From NCBI RefSeq assembly GCF_009914755.1, contig NC_060944.1: a stretch of 64,000 bases of DNA. One strand, 5' to 3'. The notes below the pieces were generated by a model. The model searched no databases. It was not told where the DNA came from and was given only the letters and a program-made list of their open reading frames with translations. Below are positions 8,001-21,411 of this stretch, piece by piece. Both the position numbers and the translations under genes were made by a program. Position 1 is the stretch's first letter. The number at the start of each line of letters is the position of its first letter. The stretch is from the human T2T-CHM13v2.0 reference genome, Homo sapiens.

Positions 8001-11000
8001 TTTTCATGATGTATCTACTCAGCAAACAGAGTTGAACCTTTCTTTTGAGAGAGCAGTTTTGAAACACTCTTTTTGTGGAATATGCAAGTGGGTATTAGGC
8101 CAGCTTGGAGGATTTCGTTGGAAACGGGAATACGTATAAAAAGCAGACAGCAGCATTGTCAGAAACTACTTTGTGATGTTTGCATTCAAGTCACAGAATT
8201 GAACACTCCCTTTCACAGAGCAGGTTTGAAACACTCTTTTTGTAGTGTCTGTAAGTGAACATTTGGATTGCTTTCAGGCCTAAGGTGAAAAAGGAAATAT
8301 CTTCCCATAAAAACTAGACAGAAGCATTCTCAGAAACTTGTTTGTGATGTGTGCCCTCTACTGACAGAGTTGAACCTTTCTTTGCAAAGAGCAGTTTTGA
8401 AACACTCTTTTTGTAGAATCTGCAAGAGGATATTTGGATAGTTTTGAGGATTTCTTGGGAAACGGGAATGTCTTCAGATAAACTCTAGACAGAAGCATTC
8501 TCAGAAACTTCTTTGGGATGTTTCAATTGCAGTCACAGTGTTGAACATTCCCTTTCACAGAGCAGGTTTGAAACACTCTTTTTATAGTGTCTATAAGTGA
8601 ACATTTGGCGTGCTTTCAGGCCTAACGTGAAAAAGGAAATATCTTCCCATAAAAACTAGACAGAAGCATTCTCAGAAACTTGTTCGTGATGTGTGCCCTC
8701 TACTGACAGAGTTGAACCTTTCTTTGCAAAGAGCAGCTTTGAAACACTCTTTTTGTAGAATCTGCAAGAGGATATTTGGATAGCTTGGAGGATTTCATTG
8801 GAAACGGGTATGTCTTCAGATAAACTCTAGACAGAAGCATTCTCAGAAACTTCTTTGGGATGTTGCATTCAAGTCACAGAGTAGAACATTCCCATTCATA
8901 GAGCAGATTTGAAACACTCTTTTTGTAGTATCTGGAAGTGGACATTTGGAGCGCTTTCAGGCCTATGTTGAAAAAGGAAATATCTTCCCATAAAAACTAG
9001 ACGGAAGCATTCTCAGAAACTTATTTGTGATGTGTTTGCTCAACTAACAGGATTGAACCATCGTTTTGAAGGAGCAGTTTTGAAACACTGTTTTCGTGGA
9101 ATCTGCAAGTGGATATTTGGCTAGCTTTGAGGATTTCGTTGGAAACGGGATTACATATAAAAAGGAGACAGCAGCATTCTCAGAAACTTCTTTGTGATGT
9201 CTGCATTCAATTCACAGAGTTGAGCATTCCCTTTCATAGAGCAGGTTGGAAACACTCTTTTTGTAGTATCTGGATGAGGACATTTGGAGCACTTTCAGGC
9301 GTATGGTGAAAAAGGAAATATCTTCCCGTAAAAACTAGACAGAAGCATTCTCAGAAGTTTATTTGTGATGTGTGCCCTCAACTAACAGAGTTGAACCTTT
9401 CTTTTGATAGAGCAGTTTTGAAACACTCTTTTTGTAAAATCTGCAAGAGGATATTTGGATAGCTTTGAGGATTTCGTTTTAAACGGGAATGGCTTCATAT
9501 AAACTCTAGACAGAAGCATTCTCAGAAACTTCGTTGGGATGTTTCGATTGAAGTCCCAGTGTTGAACATTCCCTTTTATAGAGCAGGTTGGAAACACTCT
9601 TTCTGCATTCCCTGGAAGTGGACATTTGGAGCGCTTTCAGGACGACGGTGAAAATGGAAATATCTTCCAAGAAAATCTAGATAGAAGCAACGTCAGAAAC
9701 TTTTATGTGATGGATCTACTCAGCTAACAGAGTTGAACCTTTCTTTTGAGAGAGCAGTTTTGCAACACTCTTTTTGTGGAATATGCAAGTGGATATTAGG
9801 GCAGCTTTGAGGATTTCGTTGGAAACGGGAATACATGTAAAAAGCAGACAGCAGCATTCTCAGAAACTTCTTTGTGATGTTTGCATTGAAGTCACAGAGT
9901 TGAACATTCCCTTTGAGAGAGCAGGTTTGAAACACGCCTTTTGTCATATCTGGAAGTGTCCATTCGGAGCGCATTCAGGCTTGTGTTGAAAAAGGAAATA
10001 TCCTCCCATAAAAACTAGACAGAAGCATTCTCAGAAACTTATCTGTGATGTATGTACTCAACTAACAGAACTAAACCATCGTTTTGAAGGAGCAGTTTTG
10101 AAACACTCTTTTTGCGGAATCTGCAAGTGGATATTTGGCTAGCTGGGAGGATTTCGTTGGAAACGGGATTACATACAAAAAGCAGAGAGCAGCATTCTCA
10201 GAAACTTCTTTGTGATGTTTGCATTCAAGTCACAGAGTTGAACATTCCCTTTCATAGAGCAGGTTTGAAACACTCTTTTTGTAGTATCTGGATGTGGACA
10301 TTTGGATCGCTTTCAGGCCTATGGTGAAAAAGGAAATATCTTCCCATGAAAACTAGACAGAAGCATTCTCAGAAACTTATTTGTGATGTGTGCCCTCAAC
10401 TGACACTGTTGAACCTTTGTTTTGATAGAGCAGTTCTGAAACACACTTTTTGTAAAATCTGCAAGAGGATATTTGGATAGCTTTGAGGATTTCGTTGGAA
10501 ACGGGAATGTCTTCATGTAAACTCTAGACAGAAGCATTCTCAGAAACTGCTTTGGGATGTTTCAATTGAAGTCCCAGTGTTGAACATTCCCATTCATAGA
10601 GCAGGTTTGAAACACTCTTTTTGTACTATCTGGAAGTGGACATTTGGAGCGCTTTCAGGTCTACGGTGAAAAAGGAGATATCTTCCAATAAAAACTAGAT
10701 AGAAGCAATGTCAGAACTCTTTTCATGATGTATCTACTCAGCAAACAGAGTTGAACCTTTCTTTTGAGAGAGCAGTTTTGAAACACTCTTTTTGTGGAAT
10801 ATGCAAGTGGGTATTAGGCCAGCTTGGAGGATTTCGTTGGAAACGGGAATACGTATAAAAAGCAGACAGCAGCATTGTCAGAAACTACTTTGTGATGTTT
10901 GCATTCAAGTCACAGAATTGAACACTCCCTTTCACAGAGCAGGTTTGAAACACTCTTTTTGTAGTGTCTGTAAGTGAACATTTGGATTGCTTTCAGGCCT

Positions 11001-14000
11001 AAGGTGAAAAAGGAAATATCTTCCCATAAAAACTAGACAGAAGCATTCTCAGAAACTTGTTTGTGATGTGTGCCCTCTACTGACAGAGTTGAACCTTTCT
11101 TTGCAAAGAGCAGTTTTGAAACACTCTTTTTGTAGAATCTGCAAGAGGATATTTGGATAGCTTTGAGGATTTCTTGGGAAACGGGAATGTCTTCAGATAA
11201 ACTCTAGACAGAAGCATTCTCAGAAACTTCTTTGGGATGTTTCAATTGAAGTCACAGTGTTGAACATTCCCTTTCACAGAGCAGGTTTGAAACACTCTTT
11301 TTGTAGTGTCTATAAGTGAACATTTGGCGTGCTTTCAGGCCTAACGTGAAAAAGGAAATATCTTCCCATAAAAACTAGACAGAAGCATTCTCAGAAACTT
11401 GTTCTTGATGTGTGCCCTCTACTGACAGAGTTGAACCTTTCTTTGCAAAGAGCAGCTTTGAAACACTCTTTTTGTAGAATCTGCAAGAGGATATTTGGAT
11501 AGCTTGGAGGATTTCGTTGGAAACGGGTATGTCTTCAGATAAACTCTAGACAGAAGCATTCTCAGAAACTTCTTTGGGATGTTGCATTCAAGTCACAGAG
11601 TAGAACATTCCCATTCATAGAGCAGATTTGAAACACTCTTTTTGTAGTATCTGGAAGTGGACATTTGGAGCGCTTTCAGGCCTATGTTGAAAAAGGAAAT
11701 ATCTTCCCATAAAAACTAGACGGAAGCATTCTCAGAAACTTATTTGTGATGTGTTTGCTCAACTAACAGGATTGAACCATCGTTTTGAAGGAGCAGTTTT
11801 GAAACACTGTTTTCGTGGAATCTGCAAGTGGATATTTGGCTAGCTTTGAGGATTTCGTTGGAAACGGGATTACATATAAAAAGGAGACAGCAGCATTCTC
11901 AGAAACTTCTTTGTGATGTCTGCATTCAATTCACAGAGTTGAGCATTCCCTTTCATAGAGCAGGTTGGAAACACTCTTTTTGTAGTATCTGGATGAGGAC
12001 ATTTGGAGCGCTTTCAGGCGTATGGTGAAAAAGGAAATATCTTCCCGTAAAAACTAGACAGAAGCATTCTCAGAAGTTTATTTGTGATGTGTGCCCTCAA
12101 CTAACAGAGTTGAACCTTTCTTTTGATAGAGCAGTTTTGAAACACTCTTTTTGTAAAATCTGCAAGAGGATATTTGGATAGCTTTGAGGATTTCGTTGCA
12201 AACGGGAATGGCTTCATATAAACTCTAGACAGAAGCATTCTCAGAAACTTCGTTGGGATGTTTCGATTGAAGTCCCAGTGTTGAACATTCCCTTTTATAG
12301 AGCAGGTTGGAAACACTCTTTCTGCATTCCCTGGAAGTGGACATTTGGAGCGCTTTCAGGACGACGGTGAAAATGGAAATATCTTCCAAGAAAATCTAGA
12401 TAGAAGCAACGTCAGAAACTTTTATGTGATGGATCTACTCAGCTAACAGAGTTGAACCTTTCTTTTGAGAGAGCAGTTTTGCAACACTCTTTTTGTGGAA
12501 TATGCAAGTGGATATTAGGGCAGCTTTGAGGATTTCGTTGGAAACGGGAATACATGTAAAAAGCAGACAGCAGCATTCTCAGAAACTTCTTTGTGATGTT
12601 TGCATTGAAGTCACAGAGTTGAACATTCCCTTTGAGAGAGCAGGTTTGAAACACGCCTTTTGTCATATCTGGAAGTGTCCATTCGGAGCGCATTCAGGCT
12701 TGTGTTGAAAAAGGAAATATCCTCCCATAAAAACTAGACAGAAGCATTCTCAGAAACTTATTTGTGATGTATGTACTCAACTAACAGAACTAAACCATCG
12801 TTTTGAAGGAGCAGTTTTGAAACACTCTTTTTGCGGAATCTGCAAGTGGATATTTGGCTAGCTGGGAGGATTTCGTTGGAAACGGGATTACATACAAAAA
12901 GCAGAGAGCAGCATTCTCAGAAACTTCTTTGTGATGTTTGCATTCAAGTCACAGAGTTGAACATTCCCTTTCATAGAGCAGGTTTGAAACACTCTTTTTG
13001 TAGTATCTGGATGTGGACATTTGGATCGCTTTCAGGCCTATGGTGAAAAAGGAAATATCTTCCCATGAAAACTAGACAGAAGCATTCTCAGAAACTTATT
13101 TGTGATGTGTGCCCTCAACTGACAGTGTTGAACCTTTGTTTTGATAGAGCAGTTCTGAAACACACTTTTTGTAAAATCTGCAAGAGGATATTTGGATAGC
13201 TTTGAGGATTTCGTTGGAAACGGGAATGTCTTCATGTAAACTCTAGACAGAAGCATTCTCAGAAACTGCTTTGGGATGTTTCAATTGAAGTCCCAGTGTT
13301 GAACATTCCCTTTCATAGAGCAGGTTTGAAACACTCTTTTTGTACTATCTGGAAGTGGACATTTGGAGCGCTTTCAGGTCTACGGTGAAAAAGGAGATAT
13401 CTTCCAATAAAAACTAGATAGAAGCAATGTCAGAACTTTTTTCATGATGTATCTACTCAGCAAACAGAGTTGAACCTTTCTTTTGAGAGAGCAGTTTTGA
13501 AACACTCTTTTTGTGGAATATGCAAGTGGGTATTAGGCCAGCTTGGAGGATTTCGTTGGAAACGGGAATACGTATAAAAAGCAGACAGCAGCATTGTCAG
13601 AAACTACTTTGTGATGTTTGCATTCAAGTCACAGAATTGAACACTCCCTTTCACAGAGCAGGTTTGAAACACTCTTTTTGTAGTGTCTGTAAGTGAACAT
13701 TTGGATTGCTTTCAGGCCTAAGGTGAAAAAGGAAATATCTTCCCATAAAAACTAGACAGAAGCATTCTCAGAAACTTGTTTGTGATGTGTGCCCTCTACT
13801 GACAGAGTTGAACCTTTCTTTGCAAAGAGCAGTTTTGAAACACTCTTTTTGTAGAATCTGCAAGAGGATATTTGGATAGCTTTGAGGATTTCTTGGGAAA
13901 CGGGAATGTCTTCAGATAAACTCTAGACAGAAGCATTCTCAGAAACTTCTTTGGGATGTTTCAATTGAAGTCACAGTGTTGAACATTCCCTTTCACAGAG

Positions 14001-17000
14001 CAGGTTTGAAACACTCTTTTTGTAGTGTCTATAAGTGAACATTTGGCGTGCTTTCAGGCGTAACGTGAAAAAGGAAATATCTTCCCATAAAAACTAGACA
14101 GAAGCATTCTCAGAAACTTGTTCTTGATGTGTCCCCTCTACTGACAGAGTTGAACCTTTCTTTGCAAAGAGCAGCTTTGAAACACTCTTTTTGTAGAATC
14201 TGCAAGAGGATATTTGGATAGCTTGGAGGATTTCGTTGGAAACGGGTATGTCTTCAGATAAACTCTAGACAGAAGCATTCTCAGAAACTTCTTTGGGATG
14301 TTGCATTCAAGTCACAGAGTAGAACATTCCCATTCATAGAGCAGATTTGAAACACTCTTTTTGTAGTATCTGGAAGTGGACATTTGGAGCGCTTTCAGGC
14401 CTATGTTGAAAAAGGAAATATCTTCCCATAAAAACTAGACGGAAGCATTCTCAGAAACTTATTTGTGATGTGTTTGCTCAACTAACAGGATTGAACCATC
14501 GTTTTGAAGGAGCAGTTTTGAAACACTGTTTTCGTGGAATCTGCAAGTGGATATTTGGCTAGCTTTGAGGATTTCGTTGGAAACGGGATTACATATAAAA
14601 AGGAGACAGCAGCATTCTCAGAAACTTCTTTGTGATGTCTGCATTCAATTCACAGAGTTGAGCATTCCCTTTCATAGAGCAGGTTGGAAACACTCTTTTT
14701 GTAGTATCTGGATGAGGACATTTGGAGCGCTTTCAGGCGTATGGTGAAAAAGGAAATATCTTCCCGTAAAAACTAGACAGAAGCCTTCTCAGAAGTTTAT
14801 TTGTGATGTGTGCCCTCAACTAACAGAGTTGAACCTTTCTTTTGATAGAGCAGTTTTGAAACACTCTTTTTGTAAAATCTGCAAGAGGATATTTGGATAG
14901 CTTTGAGGATTTCGTTGCAAACGGGAATGGCTTCATATAAACTCTAGACAGAAGCATTCTCAGAAACTTCGTTGGGATGTTTCGATTGAAGTCCCAGTGT
15001 TGAACATTCCCTTTTATAGAGCAGGTTGGAAACACTCTTTCTGCATTCCCTGGAAGTGGACATTTGGAGCGCTTTCAGGACGACGGTGAAAATGGAAATA
15101 TCTTCCAAGAAAATCTAGATAGAAGCAATGTCAGAAACTTTTATGTGATGGATCTACTCAGCTAACAGAGTTGAACCTTTCTTTTGAGAGAGCAGTTTTG
15201 CAACACTCTTTTTGTGGAATATGCAAGTGGATATTAGGGCAGCTTTGAGGATTTCGTTGGAAACGGGAATACATGTAAAAAGCAGACAGCAGCATTCTCA
15301 GAAACTTCTTTGTGATGTTTGCATTGAAGTCACAGAGTTGAACATTCCCTTTGAGAGAGCAGGTTTGAAACACGCCTTTTGTCATATCTGGAAGTGTCCA
15401 TTCGGAGCGCATTCAGGCTTGTGTTGAAAAAGGAAATATCCTCCCATAAAAACTAGACAGAAGCATTCTCAGAAACTTATCTGTGATGTATGTACTCAAC
15501 TAACAGAACTAAACCATCGTTTTGAAGGAGCAGTTTTGAAACACTCTTTTTGCGGAATCTGCAAGTGGATATTTGGCTAGCTGGGAGGATTTTGTTGGAA
15601 ACGGGATTACATACAAAAAGCAGACAGCAGCATTCTCAGAAACTTCTTTGTGATGTTTGCATTCAAGTCACAGAGTTGAACATTCCCTTTCATAGAGCAG
15701 GTTTGAAACACTCTTTTTGTAGTATCTGGATGTGGACATTTGGATCGCTTTCAGGCCTATGGTGAAAAAGGAAATATCTTCCCATGAAGACTAGACAGAA
15801 GCATTCTCAGAAACTTATTTGTGATGTGTGCCCTCAACTGACAGTGTTGAACCTTTGTTTTGATAGAGCAGTTCTGAAACACACTTTTTGTAAAATCTGC
15901 AAGAGGATATTTGGATAGCTTTGAGGATTTCGTTGGAAACGGGAATGTCTTCATGTAAACTCTAGACAGAAGCATTCTCAGAAACTGCTTTGGGTTGTTT
16001 CAATTGAAGTCCCAGTGTTGAACATTCCCATTCATAGAGCAGGTTTGAAACACTCTTTTTGTACTATCTGGAAGTGGACATTTGGAGCGCTTTCAGGTCT
16101 ACGGTGAAAAAGGAGATATCTTCCAATAAAAACTAGATAGAAGCAATGTCAGAACTCTTTTCATGATGTATCTACTCAGCAAACAGAGTTGAACCTTTCT
16201 TTTGAGAGAGCAGTTTTGAAACACTCTTTTTGTGGAATATGCAAGTGGGTATTAGGCCAGCTTGGAGGATTTCGTTGGAAACGGGAATACGTATAAAAAG
16301 CAGACAGCAGCATTGTCAGAAACTACTTTGTGATGTTTGCATTCAAGTCACAGAATTGAACACTCCCTTTCACAGAGCAGGTTTGAAACACTCTTTTTGT
16401 AGTGTCTGTAAGTGAACATTTGGATTGCTTTCAGGCCTAAGGTGAAAAAGGAAATATCTTCCCATAAAAACTAGACAGAAGCATTCTCAGAAACTTGTTT
16501 GTGATGTGTGCCCTCTACTGACAGAGTTGAACCTTTCTTTGCAAAGAGCAGTTTTGAAACACTCTTTTTGTAGAATCTGCAAGAGGATATTTGGATAGCT
16601 TTGAGGATTTCTTGGGAAACGGGAATGTCTTCAGATAAACTCTAGACAGAAGCATTCTCAGAAAGTTCTTTGGGATGTTTCAATTGAAGTCACAGTGTTG
16701 AACATTCCCTTTCACAGAGCAGGTTTGAAACACTCTTTTTATAGTGTCTATAAGTGAACATTTGGCGTGCTTTCAGGCCTAACGTGAAAAAGGAAATATC
16801 TTCCCATAAAAACTAGACAGAAGCATTCTCAGAAACTTGTTCTTGATGTGTGCCCTCTACTGACAGAGTTGAACCTTTCTTTGCAAAGAGCAGCTTTGAA
16901 ACACTCTTTTTGTAGAATCTGCAAGAGGATATTTGGATAGCTTGGAGGATTTCGTTGGAAACGGGTATGTCTTCAGATAAACTCTAGACAGAAGCATTCT

Positions 17001-20000
17001 CAGAAACTTCTTTGGGATGTTGCATTCAAGTCACAGAGTAGAACATTCCCATTCATAGAGCAGATTTGAAACACTCTTTTTGTAGTATCTGGAAGTGGAC
17101 ATTTGGAGCGCTTTCAGGCCTATGTTGAAAAAGGAAATATCTTCCCATAAAAACTAGACGGAAGCATTCTCAGAAACTTATTTGTGATGTGTTTGCTCAA
17201 CTAACAGGATTGAACCATCGTTTTGAAGGAGCAGTTTTGAAACACTGTTTTCGTGGAATCTGCAAGTGGATATTTGGCTAGCTTTGAGGATTTCGTTGGA
17301 AACGGGATTACATATAAAAAGGAGACAGCAGCATTCTCAGAAACTTCTTTGTGATGTCTGCATTCAATTCACAGAGTTAAGCATTCCCTTTCATAGAGCA
17401 GGTTGGAAACACTCTTTTTGTAGTATCTGGATGAGGACATTTGGAGCGCTTTCAGGCGTATGGTGAAAAAGGAAATATCTTCCCGTAAAAACTAGACAGA
17501 AGCATTCTCAGAAGTTTATTTGTGATGTGTGCCCTCAACTAACAGAGTTGAACCTTTCTTTTGATAGAGCAGTTTTGAAACACTCTTTTTGTAAAATCTG
17601 CAAGAGGATATTTGGATAGCTTTGAGGATTTCGTTGCAAACGGGAATGGCTTCATATAAACTCTAGACAGAAGCATTCTCAGAAACTTCGTTGGGATGTT
17701 TCGATTGAAGTCCCAGTGTTGAACATTCCCTTTTATAGAGCAGGTTGGAAACACTCTTTCTGCATTCCCTGGAAGTGGACATTTGGAGCGCTTTCAGGAC
17801 GACGGTGAAAATGGAAATATCTTCCAAGAAAATCTAGATAGAAGCAACGTCAGAAACTTTTATGTGATGGATCTACTCAGCTAACAGAGTTGAACCTTTC
17901 TTTTGAGAGAGCAGTTTTGCAACACTCTTTTTGTGGAATATGCAAGTGGATATTAGGGCAGCTTTGAGGATTTCGTTGGAAACGGGAATACATGTAAAAA
18001 GCAGACAGCAGCATTCTCAGAAACTTCTTTGTGATGTTTGCATTGAAGTCACAGAGTTGAACATTCCCTTTGAGAGAGCAGGTTTGAAACACGCCTTTTG
18101 TCATATCTGGAAGTGTCCATTCGGAGCGCATTCAGGCTTGTGTTGAAAAAGGAAATATCCTCCCATAAAAACTAGACAGAAGCATTCTCAGAAACTTATT
18201 TGTGATGTATGTACTCAACTAACAGAACTAAACCATCGTTTTGAAGGAGCAGTTTTGAAACACTCTTTTTGCGGAATCTGCAAGTGGATATTTGGCTAGC
18301 TGGGAGGATTTCGTTGGAAACGGGATTACATACAAAAAGCAGACAGCAGCATTCTCAGAAACTTCTTTGTGATGTTTGCATTCAAGTCACAGAGTTGAAC
18401 ATTCCCTTTCATAGAGCAGGTTTGAAACACTCTTTTTGTAGTATCTGGATGTGGACATTTGGATCGCTTTCAGGCCTATGGTGAAAAAGGAAATATCTTC
18501 CCATGAAAACTAGACAGAAGCATTCTCAGAAACTTATTTGTGATGTGTGCCCTCAACTGACAGTGTTGAACCTTTGTTTTGATAGAGCAGTTCTGAAACA
18601 CACTTTTTGTAAAATCTGCAAGAGGATATTTGGATAGCTTTGAGGATTTCGTTGGAAACGGGAATGTCTTCATGTAAACTCTAGACAGAAGCATTCTCAG
18701 AAACTGCTTTGAGATGTTTCAATTGAAGTCCCAGTGTTGAACATTCCCTTTCATAGAGCAGGTTTGAAACACTCTTTTTGTACTATCTGGAAGTGGACAT
18801 TTGGAGCGCTTTCAGGTCTACGGTGAAAAAGGAGATATCTTCCAATAAAAACTAGATAGAAGCAATGTCAGAACTTTTTTCATGATGTATCTACTCAGCA
18901 AACAGAGTTGAACCTTTCTTTTGAGAGAGCAGTTTTGAAACACTCTTTTTGTGGAATATGCAAGTGGGTATTAGGCCAGCTTGGAGGATTTCGTTGGAAA
19001 CGGGAATATGTATAAAAAGCAGACAGCAGCATTGTCAGAAACTACTTTGTGATGTTTGCATTCAAGTCACAGAATTGAACACTCCCTTTCACAGAGCAGG
19101 TTTGAAACACTCTTTTTGTAGTGTCTGTAAGTGAACATTTGGATTGCTTTCAGGCCTAAGGTGAAAAAGGAAATATCTTCCCATAAAAACTAGACAGAAG
19201 CATTCTCAGAAACTTGTTTGTGATGTGTGCCCTCTACTGACAGAGTTGAACCTTTCTTTGCAAAGAGCAGTTTTGAAACACTCTTTTTGTAGAATCTGCA
19301 AGAGGATATTTGGATAGCTTTGAGGATTTCTTGGGAAACGGGAATGTCTTCAGATAAACTCTAGACAGAAGCATTCTCAGAAACTTCTTTGGGATGTTTC
19401 AATTGAAGTCACAGTGTTGAACATTCCCTTTCACAGAGCAGGTTTGAAACACTCTTTTTGTAGTGTCTATAAGTGAACATTTGGCGTGCTTTCAGGCGTA
19501 ACGTGAAAAAGGAAATATCTTCCCATAAAAACTAGACAGAAGCATTCTCAGAAACTTGTTCTTGATGTGTCCCCTCTACTGACAGAGTTGAACCTTTCTT
19601 TGCAAAGAGCAGCTTTGAAACACTCTTTTTGTAGAATCTGCAAGAGGATATTTGGATAGCTTGGAGGATTTCGTTGGAAACGGGTATGTCTTCAGATAAA
19701 CTCTAGACAGAAGCATTCTCAGAAACTTCTTTGGGATGTTGCATTCAAGTCACAGAGTAGAACATTCCCATTCATAGAGCAGATTTGAAACACTCTTTTT
19801 GTAGTATCTGGAAGTGGACATTTGGAGCGCTTTCAGGCCTATGTTGAAAAAGGAAATATCTTCCCATAAAAACTAGACGGAAGCATTCTCAGAAACTTAT
19901 TTGTGATGTGTTTGCTCAACTAACAGGATTGAACCATCGTTTTGAAGGAGCAGTTTTGAAACACTGTTTTCGTGGAATCTGCAAGTGGATATTTGGCTAG

Positions 20001-21411
20001 CTTTGAGGATTTCGTTGGAAACGGGATTACATATAAAAAGGAGACAGCAGCATTCTCAGAAACTTCTTTGTGATGTCTGCATTCAATTCACAGAGTTGAG
20101 CATTCCCTTTCATAGAGCAGGTTGGAAACACTCTTTTTGTAGTATCTGGATGAGGACATTTGGAGCGCTTTCAGGCGTATGGTGAAAAAGGAAATATCTT
20201 CCCGTAAAAACTAGACAGAAGCCTTCTCAGAAGTTTATTTGTGATGTGTGCCCTCAACTAACAGAGTTGAACCTTTCTTTTGATAGAGCAGTTTTGAAAC
20301 ACTCTTTTTGTAAAATCTGCAAGAGGATATTTGGATAGCTTTGAGGATTTCGTTGCAAACGGGAATGGCTTCATATAAACTCTAGACAGAAGCATTCTCA
20401 GAAACTTCGTTGGGATGTTTCGATTGAAGTCCCAGTGTTGAACATTCCCTTTTATAGAGCAGGTTGGAAACACTCTTTCTGCATTCCCTGGAAGTGGACA
20501 TTTGGAGCGCTTTCAGGACGACGGTGAAAATGGAAATATCTTCCAAGAAAATCTAGATAGAAGCAATGTCAGAAACTTTTATGTGATGGATCTACTCAGC
20601 TAACAGAGTTGAACCTTTCTTTTGAGAGAGCAGTTTTGCAACACTCTTTTTGTGGAATATGCAAGTGGATATTAGGGCAGCTTTGAGGATTTCGTTGGAA
20701 ACGGGAATACATGTAAAAAGCAGACAGCAGCATTCTCAGAAACTTCTTTGTGATGTTTGCATTGAAGTCACAGAGTTGAACATTCCCTTTGAGAGAGCAG
20801 GTTTGAAACACGCCTTTTGTCATATCTGGAAGTGTCCATTCGGAGCGCATTCAGGCTTGTGTTGAAAAAGGAAATATCCTCCCATAAAAACTAGACAGAA
20901 GCATTCTCAGAAACTTATCTGTGATGTATGTACTCAACTAACAGAACTAAACCATCGTTTTGAAGGAGCAGTTTTGAAACACTCTTTTTGCGGAATCTGC
21001 AAGTGGATATTTGGCTAGCTGGGAGGATTTCGTTGGAAACGGGATTACATACAAAAAGCAGACAGCAGCATTCTCAGAAACTTCTTTGTGATGTTTGCAT
21101 TCAAGTCACAGAGTTGAACATTCCCTTTCATAGAGCAGGTTTGAAACACTCTTTTTGTAGTATCTGGATGTGGACATTTGGATCGCTTTCAGGCCTATGG
21201 TGAAAAAGGAAATATCTTCCCATGAAGACTAGACAGAAGCATTCTCAGAAACTTATTTGTGATGTGTGCCCTCAACTGACAGTGTTGAACCTTTGTTTTG
21301 ATAGAGCAGTTCTGAAACACACTTTTTGTAAAATCTGCAAGAGGATATTTGGATAGCTTTGAGGATTTCGTTGGAAACGGGAATGTCTTCATGTAAACTC
21401 TAGACAGAAGC
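5098..21411 (+). repeat. Six canonical 16-mer HORs (HOR3-HOR8)
   Basis: Exact 2719-bp spacing of marker ORFs at 5354, 8073, 10792, 13511, 16230, 18949, 21668. Confidence 0.97.
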
